From assembly GCA_965261735.1 (NCBI GenBank), contig OZ253470.1:3424001-3488000 (forward strand): a stretch of 64,000 nucleotides of DNA, written 5' to 3'. The notes under the pieces are model-generated. The model did no database searches, had not been told where the DNA came from, and saw nothing but the letters and a program-made list of their open reading frames with translations. Below are positions 36,579-45,697 of the stretch, piece by piece. A program made the translations under genes and the position numbers. The first letter of the stretch is position 1; each line of letters starts with the position of its first letter. The stretch is from Alphaproteobacteria bacterium (GTDB taxonomy: Bacteria > Pseudomonadota > Alphaproteobacteria > SHVV01).

Positions 36579-37730
36579 TCAGCGCCGCGGCTTCGGAGCG
36601 CCGGCCAGCGACAGCACCAGCCGCACCAGGTCCGCCTGCCGTGACAGGCCATGCTTGGCGAACATGTGCTTCACATGCGAGCGGATCGTGCTTTCCCCGC
36701 GGCCGGTCGCCGCGGCGACCTCGCGGACGCTCATGCCCTCGGCCAACAGCACCGCCACCCTGCTCTCCATCCCTGTGAGGCCAAGAGCCACCGCAGCCAC
36801 GGCTGGATCGATGCGAGTATGGCTTGCCGGGTCGACGACCAGCACGAGCGCCGCGATCGGCGAGACCCGCAAGTCCGTCTCCTGTTGGCCCACCGGGTTG
36901 ACGTGCAGCACCAGCGGCGGCAGGGCCGATGAGCGTCTCAGCATCGCCGAGCCGCCGGCGCCTTGAGCCCCGAACGGCGGCAACGCCCGCGTCAACAGCC
37001 CCTGGAGGTTGGCGTTGTCCTCCGGCATGCGGGCGTACAGGAAACCGCCTTCGTCGAACAGACCGTTGCCGGTCCGCAGCAAATCCCGGGCACGGTCGTT
37101 CGCCACCACGATACGCCCGCGCCCGTCGAGCTGGACGATGCCCAACCCGGTGGTGTCGAGCAGCTTCGCGAAGGACGCGCCCAGAGCCCCGGCCCCGGCC
37201 AGCGCCTGCTGGACGCTCACGGACTGACGGATATGGGGTAGGAGACGCCGGATCGAGTCGAGCTGGGCTGACGACCAGCCGTCGCCGTCAACCGGGTCGT
37301 TGACGACCCAGACGATGCGCGAGCCATTGGGCCCATCCAGGCGCACATTGATGCTGTTCCGAGCGTGCCCGCGGGCCAGCAGCTCATTGTATGACGCGGA
37401 GGTTTTCAGTTCCTCCTCGGTGTAGAGGTCGGTGATGTGGAACAGCTGGCTGTCAGGCAGATGCCGCAGGCGCGGGACCCGTTCGTCCAGGGCGTAGTAG
37501 TTCTCGAAGTAGTCACGCTCCAATTCCCGGTACCGTTGTCCACGGAAGAAGTACCACGCAAAGTAGATCTGGATGTCCTCTTCGGAGCGCCCGTCGCCGA
37601 ACACCATGCTGCTACCATTCGCGCGGAGGGTGTCATCGATCAGCGCGGTGGCGGTCGACCAGTGGGCACGGTCGAGCGCCGCCTCGTGCAACGAGGCCAG
37701 AATGCGGTCAAACGCCTCCCGTTCGCTCAT
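36579..37730 (-). CDS. LuxR-type HTH regulator with GAF-like/PAS sensor region (intact copy)
   Basis: PAS-like GIVQLDGRGRIVVANDRA, C-terminal LTGMESRVAVLLAEGMSVREVA..TIRSHVKHMFAKHGLSRQADLV. Confidence 0.88.
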   Translation of the reverse strand: MSEREAFDRILASLHEAALDRAHWSTATALIDDTLRANGSSMVFGDGRSEEDIQIYFAWYFFRGQRYRELERDYFENYYALDERVPRLRHLPDSQLFHITDLYTEEELKTSASYNELLARGHARNSINVRLDGPNGSRIVWVVNDPVDGDGWSSAQLDSIRRLLPHIRQSVSVQQALAGAGALGASFAKLLDTTGLGIVQLDGRGRIVVANDRARDLLRTGNGLFDEGGFLYARMPEDNANLQGLLTRALPPFGAQGAGGSAMLRRSSALPPLVLHVNPVGQQETDLRVSPIAALVLVVDPASHTRIDPAVAAVALGLTGMESRVAVLLAEGMSVREVAAATGRGESTIRSHVKHMFAKHGLSRQADLVRLVLSLAGAPKPRR

Positions 37731-37909
37731 CGCCGCGCCTTCGCTCGCGGGCGTTCGGTCGGCTCGAACCCCATCGGCGCGGCCAGCAAGAGCCCTCCCT
37801 TGTTCCGCATAGGATCCGTTGCAACCTTGGACACAGCTGTCGCGGGGGCGCCACTACCTGCGGCGCTGACGCGGGCTTGGAGGATAAGGTGTCCGCGCGT
37901 TTCCGCACA

Positions 37910-37925
37910 TCCCCAACATTGGGGA
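37910..37925. promoter_or_regulatory. Palindromic operator-like box TCCCCAA-CA-TTGGGGA
   Basis: 7-bp perfect arms; near-identical to the box at 41784-41801; upstream of the intact luxR-PAS gene. Confidence 0.55.
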
Positions 37926-38005
37926 GATTTAGCGGTTTTTGGAGTGCCTCAGGAGCTTAAGGTAGGCCAGACGAAGTCAGAACCGGCCCGCTGCCCCTTC
38001 CGCCC

Positions 38006-38089
38006 TCAGCGCCGGGACCCCGGAGCGCCGTCCCGCGACAGGCCGTGCCTAGCGAACATGTGCTCCACATGCGAGCGGATCGTGCTTTC
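38006..38089 (-). pseudogene. 3' remnant of a LuxR-PAS paralog
   Basis: ESTIRSHVEHMFARHGLSR..GAPGSRR* matches the end of the 36579 gene with an internal deletion. Confidence 0.75.
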
Positions 38090-38113
38090 ACAGTCGGCCA
38101 TGGCAGCAATGCC

Positions 38114-39382
38114 TCAGGCCCTGACACACCGCACCGCCAGCGATTGAAGGCCCCGGAGCACGATGCCTTTGCGGAACCAAGGGCGCTCCCCCAGCAAGCC
38201 CATCTGCGGGAACTGTTCGAGCAGCATCTCGAGAACGATCCGGCCTTCCAGGCGTGCGAGCGGTGCACCGAGACAATGGTGGATACCGCGTCCGAACGAC
38301 AGATGAGAACCTTGGCTGCGTCCGACATCGAGGCGGTCGGGATCCTCAAAGACGTCCGGATCCCGGTTCGCCGCGCCGAGAAGCAGGACGACGTTGTCGC
38401 GTTTGCGCAGTGCAAACCCGTTCACCTCGCAATCCACGAGCACGCGCCGGAAATCCGCCTGCACCGGAGAGTCGAAACGCAACAACTCCTCCACCGCCGC
38501 CGGGATCAGGCTTGGGTCGTTCCGCAGCCGCTGAAGCTGTTCGGGATGACGAAGCAAAGCCAGCATGCCGTTGCCGATGAGGTTGGCGGTAGTCTCGTTG
38601 CCGGCGGTCAGGAGCAGGCGCAGCATGTTCAGTGTCTCGCGTTCGGTCAGGCGTCCGCCGTCGTCCTCCGCCCGCGCCAGCGCGCTGACGATATCGTCCC
38701 TCGGCTCGGCCCGCCGTGCCTCGATGATCGGCCGGAAATAGGCGTCGAACGCCCGGGAGGCCGTCTCGCCTGCGTTGCGCTCGCGCGGGCCGATCATCGG
38801 TTCGAGCAAACGCGCGCGCTGGGCCGACCAGATCCTAAACCGCTCCCTGTCCTCCGGCGGTACGCCCAGCATCTCGGCCATCACGATCACCGGCAAGGGC
38901 CGGGCCACCGCCTGCATGAGATCGAAGCCGGCCGGGTCCTCAATGTCATCCAGCAGCGATCCGAGAATGCCACGGATGCGCGGTTCCAGGTCGTTGACCG
39001 CCTTGGGCGTAAACGCCTTGTTCACGAGTGCCCTGAGCCGCGTGTGGTCGGGCGGGTCGAGAAACAGCAGGGTGAACTCGTCCGGCGGGGGCAACATGGT
39101 ATGCTGCCGGGACGACAGCGTACCCTTGCGCGGGTCGCTGGCGAAGTGCCGGTGGTCGCGCAGGATGGCATCGACATCGCTGTGGCGCGTGAACAGCCAG
39201 GACTTCAGCAATCGGCTGCGATGCGCCGGATCCCCGGTGCGAAGGGCCGCATAGACGGGATAGGGATCCTGGGCCGTGCGGGACGACAGCGGGTTGTAAC
39301 TCACCCCGCTCTGCAACCGCTCGCGCAATAGCTCTGCGCCCGCGACCGCAAAGCGCATCGCTTCGCCAACGAACAACATCAT
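38114..39382 (-). CDS. Cytochrome P450
   Basis: LDPPDHTRLR, I-helix AGNETT, EELLR (ExxR), heme loop FGRGIHHCLG. Confidence 0.95.
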   Translation of the reverse strand: MMLFVGEAMRFAVAGAELLRERLQSGVSYNPLSSRTAQDPYPVYAALRTGDPAHRSRLLKSWLFTRHSDVDAILRDHRHFASDPRKGTLSSRQHTMLPPPDEFTLLFLDPPDHTRLRALVNKAFTPKAVNDLEPRIRGILGSLLDDIEDPAGFDLMQAVARPLPVIVMAEMLGVPPEDRERFRIWSAQRARLLEPMIGPRERNAGETASRAFDAYFRPIIEARRAEPRDDIVSALARAEDDGGRLTERETLNMLRLLLTAGNETTANLIGNGMLALLRHPEQLQRLRNDPSLIPAAVEELLRFDSPVQADFRRVLVDCEVNGFALRKRDNVVLLLGAANRDPDVFEDPDRLDVGRSQGSHLSFGRGIHHCLGAPLARLEGRIVLEMLLEQFPQMGLLGERPWFRKGIVLRGLQSLAVRCVRA

Positions 39383-39670
39383 CTCCTCTCCGCAGCGGGC
39401 GTCTCAACCCCCTCCGCCAGCCGACGTAAATGCAGCATTGCCGATCCTGCCATTCTACCGACACTAGGATCAACGCTGGTTTGGACGCGGACTGACCGTT
39501 CGCCGTATTCGGGGCGAAGTGCTTCGAGGTTATTCGGATTCGATCATGAGACTAAAGGCCAGGTCGGAGGTCCGCCGGCGCGTGGGTGCCGCATTCTCCA
39601 ACATCGTCGAGAGGCCGTACCATTTTTCGGGAGGTCGACGAGATGGCGGATTTCGCCAGCCGCGAGGCTG

Positions 39671-39899
39671 TTACATGCCCATGCTTCGTCCCCGGGATCT
39701 ATTGTAGGTCTGGCGCTCTTCTTCCCCGCCCGTATCGCGCTTTTTGGAGTGGCGCTCAACATAGTCGTCGAATTCCTTTTGCGCCGCCTTGCGTTCTTTC
39801 CCCGTTGCGTTGTACGCGGCTGACTGAAGCCGGCTGAACTCGCGGGCCTCCCTTTGCGCCCGGCGCTGACGTTCCTCGTGTGTCTCCTGCGCTGCGGAT
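39671..39899 (-). repeat. Diverged direct copy of the relaxase 3' end (45698-45926)
   Basis: 229-bp colinear match encoding ETHEERQRRAQREAREFSRLQSAAYNATG...RSRGRSMGM*. Confidence 0.92.
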
Positions 39900-41097
39900 G
39901 ATGAGCGCCCCGCTCGTCGCCGTGTAGTCCGATCCCGCCGTCGCCGTGCCGTCCGACGTCGCATAGTCCACCTTGACCCGGTAGGGCGCTGCCGATACCC
40001 GGTAGTCGCGGGTCTCGCCCGCCATCAGCCCCGAACCGTGCGCGTAGGCGATGCTGGTCCCGTTCGTATTGTCTTCTACCTCGGCCCAGACCGTGCCGCC
40101 GTCGTAGGACGCCTCGATCCGGTAGCCGAGGATCGTGCCGAACGGTGCCGTCCAGGTCAGTGTGACCTTGTTCACCGTCGCCGTGGCTATCAACTCCGTC
40201 ACTTGGCCCGACAGAATTGACGCCGCCTGGTCATCGTCCGTGATGGTTCCCGCCGCCGCCGCTTGAGCGATGGACGCGTTCACCGCGTTGCTGAGCATTA
40301 CCAAAAGGTCTCGCCATCCTCTTCGACAGTGTCGTCGGCGATCGTGATGCTGATGGGCTTGGTCGTTTCTCCCGGCGCAAAGGTGAGGGTGCCGTTCGCC
40401 GCTGTGTAATCCGCCCCCGCCGTCGCAGTGCCGTCCCCGGTCGCGTAGTCGACTCTGCGCTCGGGCCGCTTAGCGTCAACGTGAAGGTGGCCGTGCCGTC
40501 GCTTTCGTCCACCGTCACCGGTTCGATCGACAGCGACGGCTCGGGGCTGTCGGTGCGCACCGACCGCCCGGCAATCTGAGCCGCCTCATTGCCCCACCGG
40601 TCTCGGATCTTGGTCGTTCCTGGCGTGTAGCCCGCCGTGACCGTATGGGCATGGCCCACGGGCGAAGCGAGCGTGAGGGTCACGGTGGAGCCGTTCACAT
40701 TCACGCTCGACACGGTCCGCGCCGATCCCGCGACCGTGACGGCAAAGTCCGCCGGCGCCGAGGCCTCGTCTAGGTGGTCCGCCGAATTGCCCTCATCCGG
40801 GTCCTGGAATGTGAGCATAAGCGCCGTGCCGTCGACCGTCGCACCGTCGGCCCCGGCCGTAAGAACCGGCTCCGTCGTATCCACCCGCGAATCCGTATCG
40901 TACTGCCCGTGGCGGATGTTCACCGCGACCCCGCCGGTGCTCTTGATCGTGCCGCCATCCAGCACCAGGCCGCGGGTTGTGTCGAGCCCGTGGTGCTGGA
41001 AATTGGTCGGAACGACGAGGCCGGCACCGTCATCAGGGATGTTGGCCGGCACGGTCCAGCCGAACACCAGATCTTTCGTGCCAGTACCGCTTTCATA
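39900..41097 (-). pseudogene. Fragmented surface protein (SwmB-like, Calx-beta, fibronectin III modules)
   Basis: ATVDGTALMLTF..DFAVTVAG..VTLTLASPV, DYATSDGTATAGSDYTATSG, VTLTWTAP..GYRIEAS; frameshifted, no start or anchor. Confidence 0.75.
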
Positions 41098-41702
41098 GGA
41101 GCCGGCGCTGTGGGCGCGTCCCTTGCGAAGCTGCTTGACACCACCGGGTTGGGCATCGTTCAGCTCGACGGGCGCGGGCGGATCGTGGCGGCGAATGACC
41201 GCGCCCGGGATTTGCTGCGGACCGGTGACGGTCTGTACGACGAGGACGGTTTTCTGTACGCCCGCACGCCGGAGGACGATGGCGAACTCCAAGGGCTGTT
41301 GACGCGCGCCCTACCAGCGTTCGGGGCTCAGGGCGCCGGCGGCTCGGCCACGGTGAGGCGCCCTTCTGCCCAGCCGCCGCTGGTGCTGCACGTCAACCCG
41401 GTGGGCCGGAAGGAGACGGGTTTGCGGGTCTGGCCGGTCGCGGCGCTGGTGCTGGTCGCCGACCCGGCAAGCCAAACCCGCATCGATCCGGCCGTGGCTG
41501 CGGCCACTCTCGGCCTCACGGGGATGGAGAGCCGCGTGGCGGTGCTGTTGGCCGAAGGCATGAACGTCGGCGAGATCGCCGCGGCGAAAGCACGATCCGC
41601 TCGCATGTGAAGCACATGTTTGCGAAACACGGTCTGTCGCGGCTGGCGGATCTGGTGCGGCTTATGCTGTCGCTGGCCGGCGCTCCGGAGCCCCGGCGCT
41701 GA
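41098..41702 (+). pseudogene. 5'-truncated, frameshifted LuxR-PAS paralog
   Basis: Near-identical to the C-terminal half of 36579-37730 but inverted; deletion within the HTH at ~41585. Confidence 0.85.
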
Positions 41703-41783
41703 AGGCGGAAGCAGCCGCGGGTCGGCGCTGACCGCGTCCGGTTTGCCTTAAATTTCTGATATTCCAATAAAAAACCGCCAATT

Positions 41784-41801
41784 CTCCCCAATATTGGGGA
41801 G
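41784..41801. promoter_or_regulatory. Perfect 18-bp palindrome CTCCCCAATATTGGGGAG
   Basis: Between the luxR-PAS remnant and the autotransporter gene; second copy at 37910. Confidence 0.6.
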
Positions 41802-41991
41802 GCGCGCCAGCGCTCACCTCGCTTATTCTTTGCATCCATCGCACCAACAGCGCCGCCGGGGGCAGAGCCTCCTGCGGCGCTGTTGTGCGAACTGCGAGGG
41901 AGGGTGCCTACCGATGCGCTTGGGTCATGACTGAGGAAGCGACAGGGAAACGGCTCCGTGCGATGCGCCGCATAGGAGCGAGGTCGCGAGG

Positions 41992-44900
41992 ATGGCCGGC
42001 GTCTATTCCGCACCAAACAAGACAATGGCAACGACAACTATGGGGGTAGCGGTAATGGGGCTGGAGCGACAAGTGATCGCGGCGTGTGGTTCGGCCGTGT
42101 GCGGTGATGACCTCGCCATGGAAGTGCCGGTTCGTGGTCCGGCGGCGGCGTCGGTTGAGGCGAGTGAGGTAGCCATAAATAGTGAGAGCCGAGAACCGAG
42201 AGCTTCGGCGTGGTCTTGGTCGCCGTGGCGCGTCATGTCCTGGCTGAGCGGATACCCGTCCAGACAAGCGCATGAATCCCCGCACACACACGGCTCGTCC
42301 CTTTCTTCCCGTGACGACTGTCCCGCCGGCCCTCGGGCGGCAACCAACAATTCTGCCGGTCCGTCCAGACGTCCTCTAGCGTCGCAACAGTGCGAAGGCC
42401 GTGCTCATGGACGGCAAGTCCGGGCGTCGGCGTCAGAGCGTCGGCGCGGCCGGTGCCTCGCGGCGCGCGGCCTGGCGGCCGGGCTCCTCGTGACCGTCGC
42501 CGCGCTCCTAGCCCTGCCGCTGCCGGCGCAGGCGCAGAAGACCACCTTCGTCTCCAACACCGGTCAGAGCACCGATCCCGATGTCCGGGAAGTCGGTCCC
42601 CACGGACATCTCTGGCAACTTCAAGCACAGCAGTTCAGGACCGGCGACAATGAAGGCGGCTATACGCTCTCGGCAATTCAAGTCCGGGTAGATGATTTCG
42701 GGTCGAATTCTCGGCCAAAGGTGAGCATCTACACGACCTCATCCGGCAATCCCGGCACCAGCCTGTACGTGCTGACCAATCCGGCGACGCTTAACGACGA
42801 CGCGATCAACACCTTCAGGGCGCCGGCCAATGCGACCCTCGAAAAGGACACCAATTACTTCGTGGTGTTCGAGGAGCTGGGATCAGGCAGTAACCTTCGA
42901 TACGACTTGGAGGTCACGACCAGTAATGCCGAAGATTCGGGGAAGGCGAGCGGATGGAACATCGCCAACAGTTCGCGGCAGCGGGCTACGACTACTACAA
43001 CCTGGAGTGACCTTGCCGGCAAGCTCAAGATCGCCGTCAGGGGAACTCTCCCGCCTGCCCTCTCGATCGCGGACGCAAGCGCCGCCGAGAACGCCGGCCA
43101 CCTCCTGTTCGAGGTCACGCTCTCGCGAGCCTTCCAGAACACGGTGAAGGTCGGCTTCGAGACGATTTCGGGAGGCACCGCCACCGAAGGCGTCGACTAC
43201 CATGCTCGTCGCACCTACACCCACGTCATTCTGGCGGGAGATAAGACCGCGCAGATGGGCTTCGCGCTCATTGAGGACACAGTCGCCGCCGCCGGGGAGA
43301 CGGTGAAGGTAAAGCTCAGCAACGCGCGCGTGGTCGATGCGTACGGCGACAAAATAAAGGACCTCGACATCACGAGGGCCGAGGCGACGGGAACGATCAC
43401 CGCGCCGCCGACCACCACGACCAACGTGCCGGGTCTGACCATTGAGATCCGAGACGCGACCGGGGACGAGGACAACGGGTACCTCGATTTCAGAGTCAGG
43501 CTCTCGCGGAAGCATGACGACTATGTGTGTTACGACTTCGAGACCATCTCGGGCGGCACCGCCACGGAAGGAACGGACTACCTCAAGTTCCCGAAAGCCA
43601 CGTACTGGATGCAGATCGGAAAACGGGTGGACAAGCCCTTCGTCCGCATCATCGACGACTCGATGAACGATAACGGCGAGACCGTGAAGGTCAAGATCAG
43701 CAATGCACGCGTGTGCGGTGACACATCGGAGACGGTCTCGATCACGAGAGCCGAGGCGACCGGAACAATCAGGAACAGCGACCCGCTGCCGCGGGCTTTG
43801 ATGGCGCGCTTTGGCCGCACCGCGGCCGAGCATGTGTTAGACGGCGTGCAAGCGCGGCTGGCCGCGCCGCGCAACCCCGGGATGCAAGCCAACGTCGCGG
43901 GGTTGTGGAACCTCGGCACGGCGGCGGATACGAGGTCGGATACACTGGCGGATACACCGGCGGATACGGCCCTGGCCGGGTCCGGTGAGACGGCGCCGAA
44001 GGACGGCCTGCGGGCACACTCGGACTGGATAGCGGGCGGTTTGGCCGGGACGGATCCCGGCACGTCGGCGGCGCTCAGCCTGACCGCGCGCGATTTGATC
44101 ACCGGGAGCGCGTTCGCGGTCACCGGCGAGACCGGCGGCGGCGGGTTCGCAGCCGTGTGGGGCCGGGGCGCGTATTCGAGCTTCTCGGGGCAGGACAGTG
44201 GCGTCACCCTCGACGGCGAGTTGACCACGGCGATGCTCGGGGCCGACTACGCCTCCGGGCGCTGGATCGCGGGGGGTTCGCTGAGCGTCAGTGAAGGCGA
44301 AGGGACCTACGGGCTGGACGGCACGGAAGGCGAACTCGATTCCTCGCTGACCGGCGTCTACCCCTATGTCGGCTACGATATTAACGAACGGCTGTCGGCC
44401 TGGGGCGTGGCCGGTTACGGGGAGGGCAACATCAAGCTGACCCAGCCGGACACCACCGAGACCATCCGCACCGGTATCGATCTGGCGATGGTGGCGGTGG
44501 GGGCGCGGGGCGACCTCATGCCCCGGACGGAGGCGGCGGGCTTCGATCTCGCGCTGACCACGGATGCGCTGATGGTGCGCACCACCTCGGCGGCGGCGGA
44601 CGGTCTGGCGGCGTCGGCGGCGGACGTGAGCCGGCTGCGGCTCGGGCTTGACGGCTCGTGGCTGGTGGCACTCGACAGCGGCGCATCGCTTGCGCCGTCC
44701 ATCGGGATCGGCATGCGCCATGACGGCGGCGACGCGGAGACCGGCTTCGGCATCGATCTCGGCGGCGGCCTCGCCTACGCCGATGAGCAAAGCGGGCTCG
44801 GTTTGGAATTGAACGCGCGCGCGTTGCTGGCCCACGAGGATGAGAACTTCCGCGAATGGGGTGTGTCGGGTGCGTTGATCTTCGATCCGGACCCATCCTC

Positions 44901-45264
44901 GGACCGTGGCCTGTCGCTCAGTGTCGGTCCGTCCTGGGGCGCGTCGTCAACGGGCGGCGCGGAGGCGTTGCTGGGACCCGAGACGATGTCGGGCCTGGCG
45001 CTTGACAATACCCCGCCGCCGGGCGGGCGGCTCGGCGTGGAGGCGGCCTGGGGCTTCCCGGCGCTCGCCGGGCGCTACACCGGAACGCCCTATCTCGGTC
45101 TCGGGCTGCGGGAGGGCGGACGCGATCTCCGTCTCGGCTGGCGGCTGGGCGCGGTGCGCCGCGAAGGCCTCGAACTTGCGCTTGGCCTGGAAGGAACGCG
45201 CCTTGAGAGCAATGGCAGGTCGCCCGAGCACGGGGCCACGGTGCGCCTGATGCTGCGCTGGTGA
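41992..45264 (+). CDS. Autotransporter-like surface protein with two Calx-beta domains
   Basis: Signal-like LLALPLPAQA/Q, N-terminal beta domain (FVSNTGQ..AQQFRTG..GYTLS), two Calx-beta (GGTATEGVDY), beta-barrel (ARFGRT, MLGADY, RHDGGDAETGFG) ending RLMLRW. True start probably downstream of 41992. Confidence 0.8.
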   Translation: MAGVYSAPNKTMATTTMGVAVMGLERQVIAACGSAVCGDDLAMEVPVRGPAAASVEASEVAINSESREPRASAWSWSPWRVMSWLSGYPSRQAHESPHTHGSSLSSRDDCPAGPRAATNNSAGPSRRPLASQQCEGRAHGRQVRASASERRRGRCLAARGLAAGLLVTVAALLALPLPAQAQKTTFVSNTGQSTDPDVREVGPHGHLWQLQAQQFRTGDNEGGYTLSAIQVRVDDFGSNSRPKVSIYTTSSGNPGTSLYVLTNPATLNDDAINTFRAPANATLEKDTNYFVVFEELGSGSNLRYDLEVTTSNAEDSGKASGWNIANSSRQRATTTTTWSDLAGKLKIAVRGTLPPALSIADASAAENAGHLLFEVTLSRAFQNTVKVGFETISGGTATEGVDYHARRTYTHVILAGDKTAQMGFALIEDTVAAAGETVKVKLSNARVVDAYGDKIKDLDITRAEATGTITAPPTTTTNVPGLTIEIRDATGDEDNGYLDFRVRLSRKHDDYVCYDFETISGGTATEGTDYLKFPKATYWMQIGKRVDKPFVRIIDDSMNDNGETVKVKISNARVCGDTSETVSITRAEATGTIRNSDPLPRALMARFGRTAAEHVLDGVQARLAAPRNPGMQANVAGLWNLGTAADTRSDTLADTPADTALAGSGETAPKDGLRAHSDWIAGGLAGTDPGTSAALSLTARDLITGSAFAVTGETGGGGFAAVWGRGAYSSFSGQDSGVTLDGELTTAMLGADYASGRWIAGGSLSVSEGEGTYGLDGTEGELDSSLTGVYPYVGYDINERLSAWGVAGYGEGNIKLTQPDTTETIRTGIDLAMVAVGARGDLMPRTEAAGFDLALTTDALMVRTTSAAADGLAASAADVSRLRLGLDGSWLVALDSGASLAPSIGIGMRHDGGDAETGFGIDLGGGLAYADEQSGLGLELNARALLAHEDENFREWGVSGALIFDPDPSSDRGLSLSVGPSWGASSTGGAEALLGPETMSGLALDNTPPPGGRLGVEAAWGFPALAGRYTGTPYLGLGLREGGRDLRLGWRLGAVRREGLELALGLEGTRLESNGRSPEHGATVRLMLRW
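43924..43971 (+). repeat. 4 x 12-bp imperfect tandem repeat (ADTR-SDTL-ADTP-ADTA)
   Basis: gcggatacgagg tcggatacactg gcggatacaccg gcggatacggcc. Confidence 0.7.
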
Positions 45265-45340
45265 AATTTAGATTAGCTCTCTGAGCTGGAGTGGCCAACG
45301 AGGTTTGACGGAAGGTTAACGGTAAGCGGGAGAGTTAACG

Positions 45341-45572
45341 ATGTCGGAGACTGGAGCGGCTAGGGCGTGGCAGTTTCTTAAACGCAACCCGGATTATCTT
45401 GCGAAGTGGCGCAACACGGCGGACGGGGCGCCGGCCATCAAGGCGGCGCCCTTTCCGCTGCGATCACAACCGCCGGCCGACCTCAAGGCCGCTGCGTGGG
45501 GAGTGCTCGCCTGGGAGGTCCCCTCGCTGCCAACGGCCCGGTCTCGCCGTTCTGGGCCGAGGCGCCGATGCT
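45341..45572 (+). pseudogene. DUF6499/DUF2285 (FseA-like) ICE activator, 5' remnant
   Basis: AWQFLKRNPDY, AWGVLAWE, then PLAANGPVSPFWAEAPML in a shifted frame; cut by an IS end. Confidence 0.7.
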
Positions 45573-45676
45573 TGTTAATCGGCGTGGAATATTGACCCCC
45601 TATCGGGGGTAATCGGCGTCCACTTCATCAATATTGCACGCCGATAGGGGGTCAAACTTCAAGGCTGAATGATACG
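45573..45676. mobile_element. Internally deleted IS21-like element (two ends only, ~100 bp)
   Basis: Starts TGTTAATCGGCGTGGAATATTGACCCCCTATCGG. Perfect 15-bp IR 45592-45606/45641-45655 and 18-bp IR with 1 mismatch 45578-45595/45628-45645. Confidence 0.65.
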
Positions 45677-45697
45677 TAGCGACGAGCGCGATGCATG

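Noticed and set aside
40774-41610. 278-aa ORF as a real PAS regulator
   Set aside because: Chimera of the antisense surface-protein remnant and a truncated luxR copy joined at ~41098
45490-45530. Programmed +1 frameshift as in msi172-msi171
   Set aside because: No TTTC slippery site after the WG codons; the shift is better explained by a 1-bp loss in a C run of a gene already truncated by an IS
45573-45676. CRISPR repeat or terminator
   Set aside because: Only two inverted ends with internal sub-repeats typical of IS21 termini; no spacers, no cas genes
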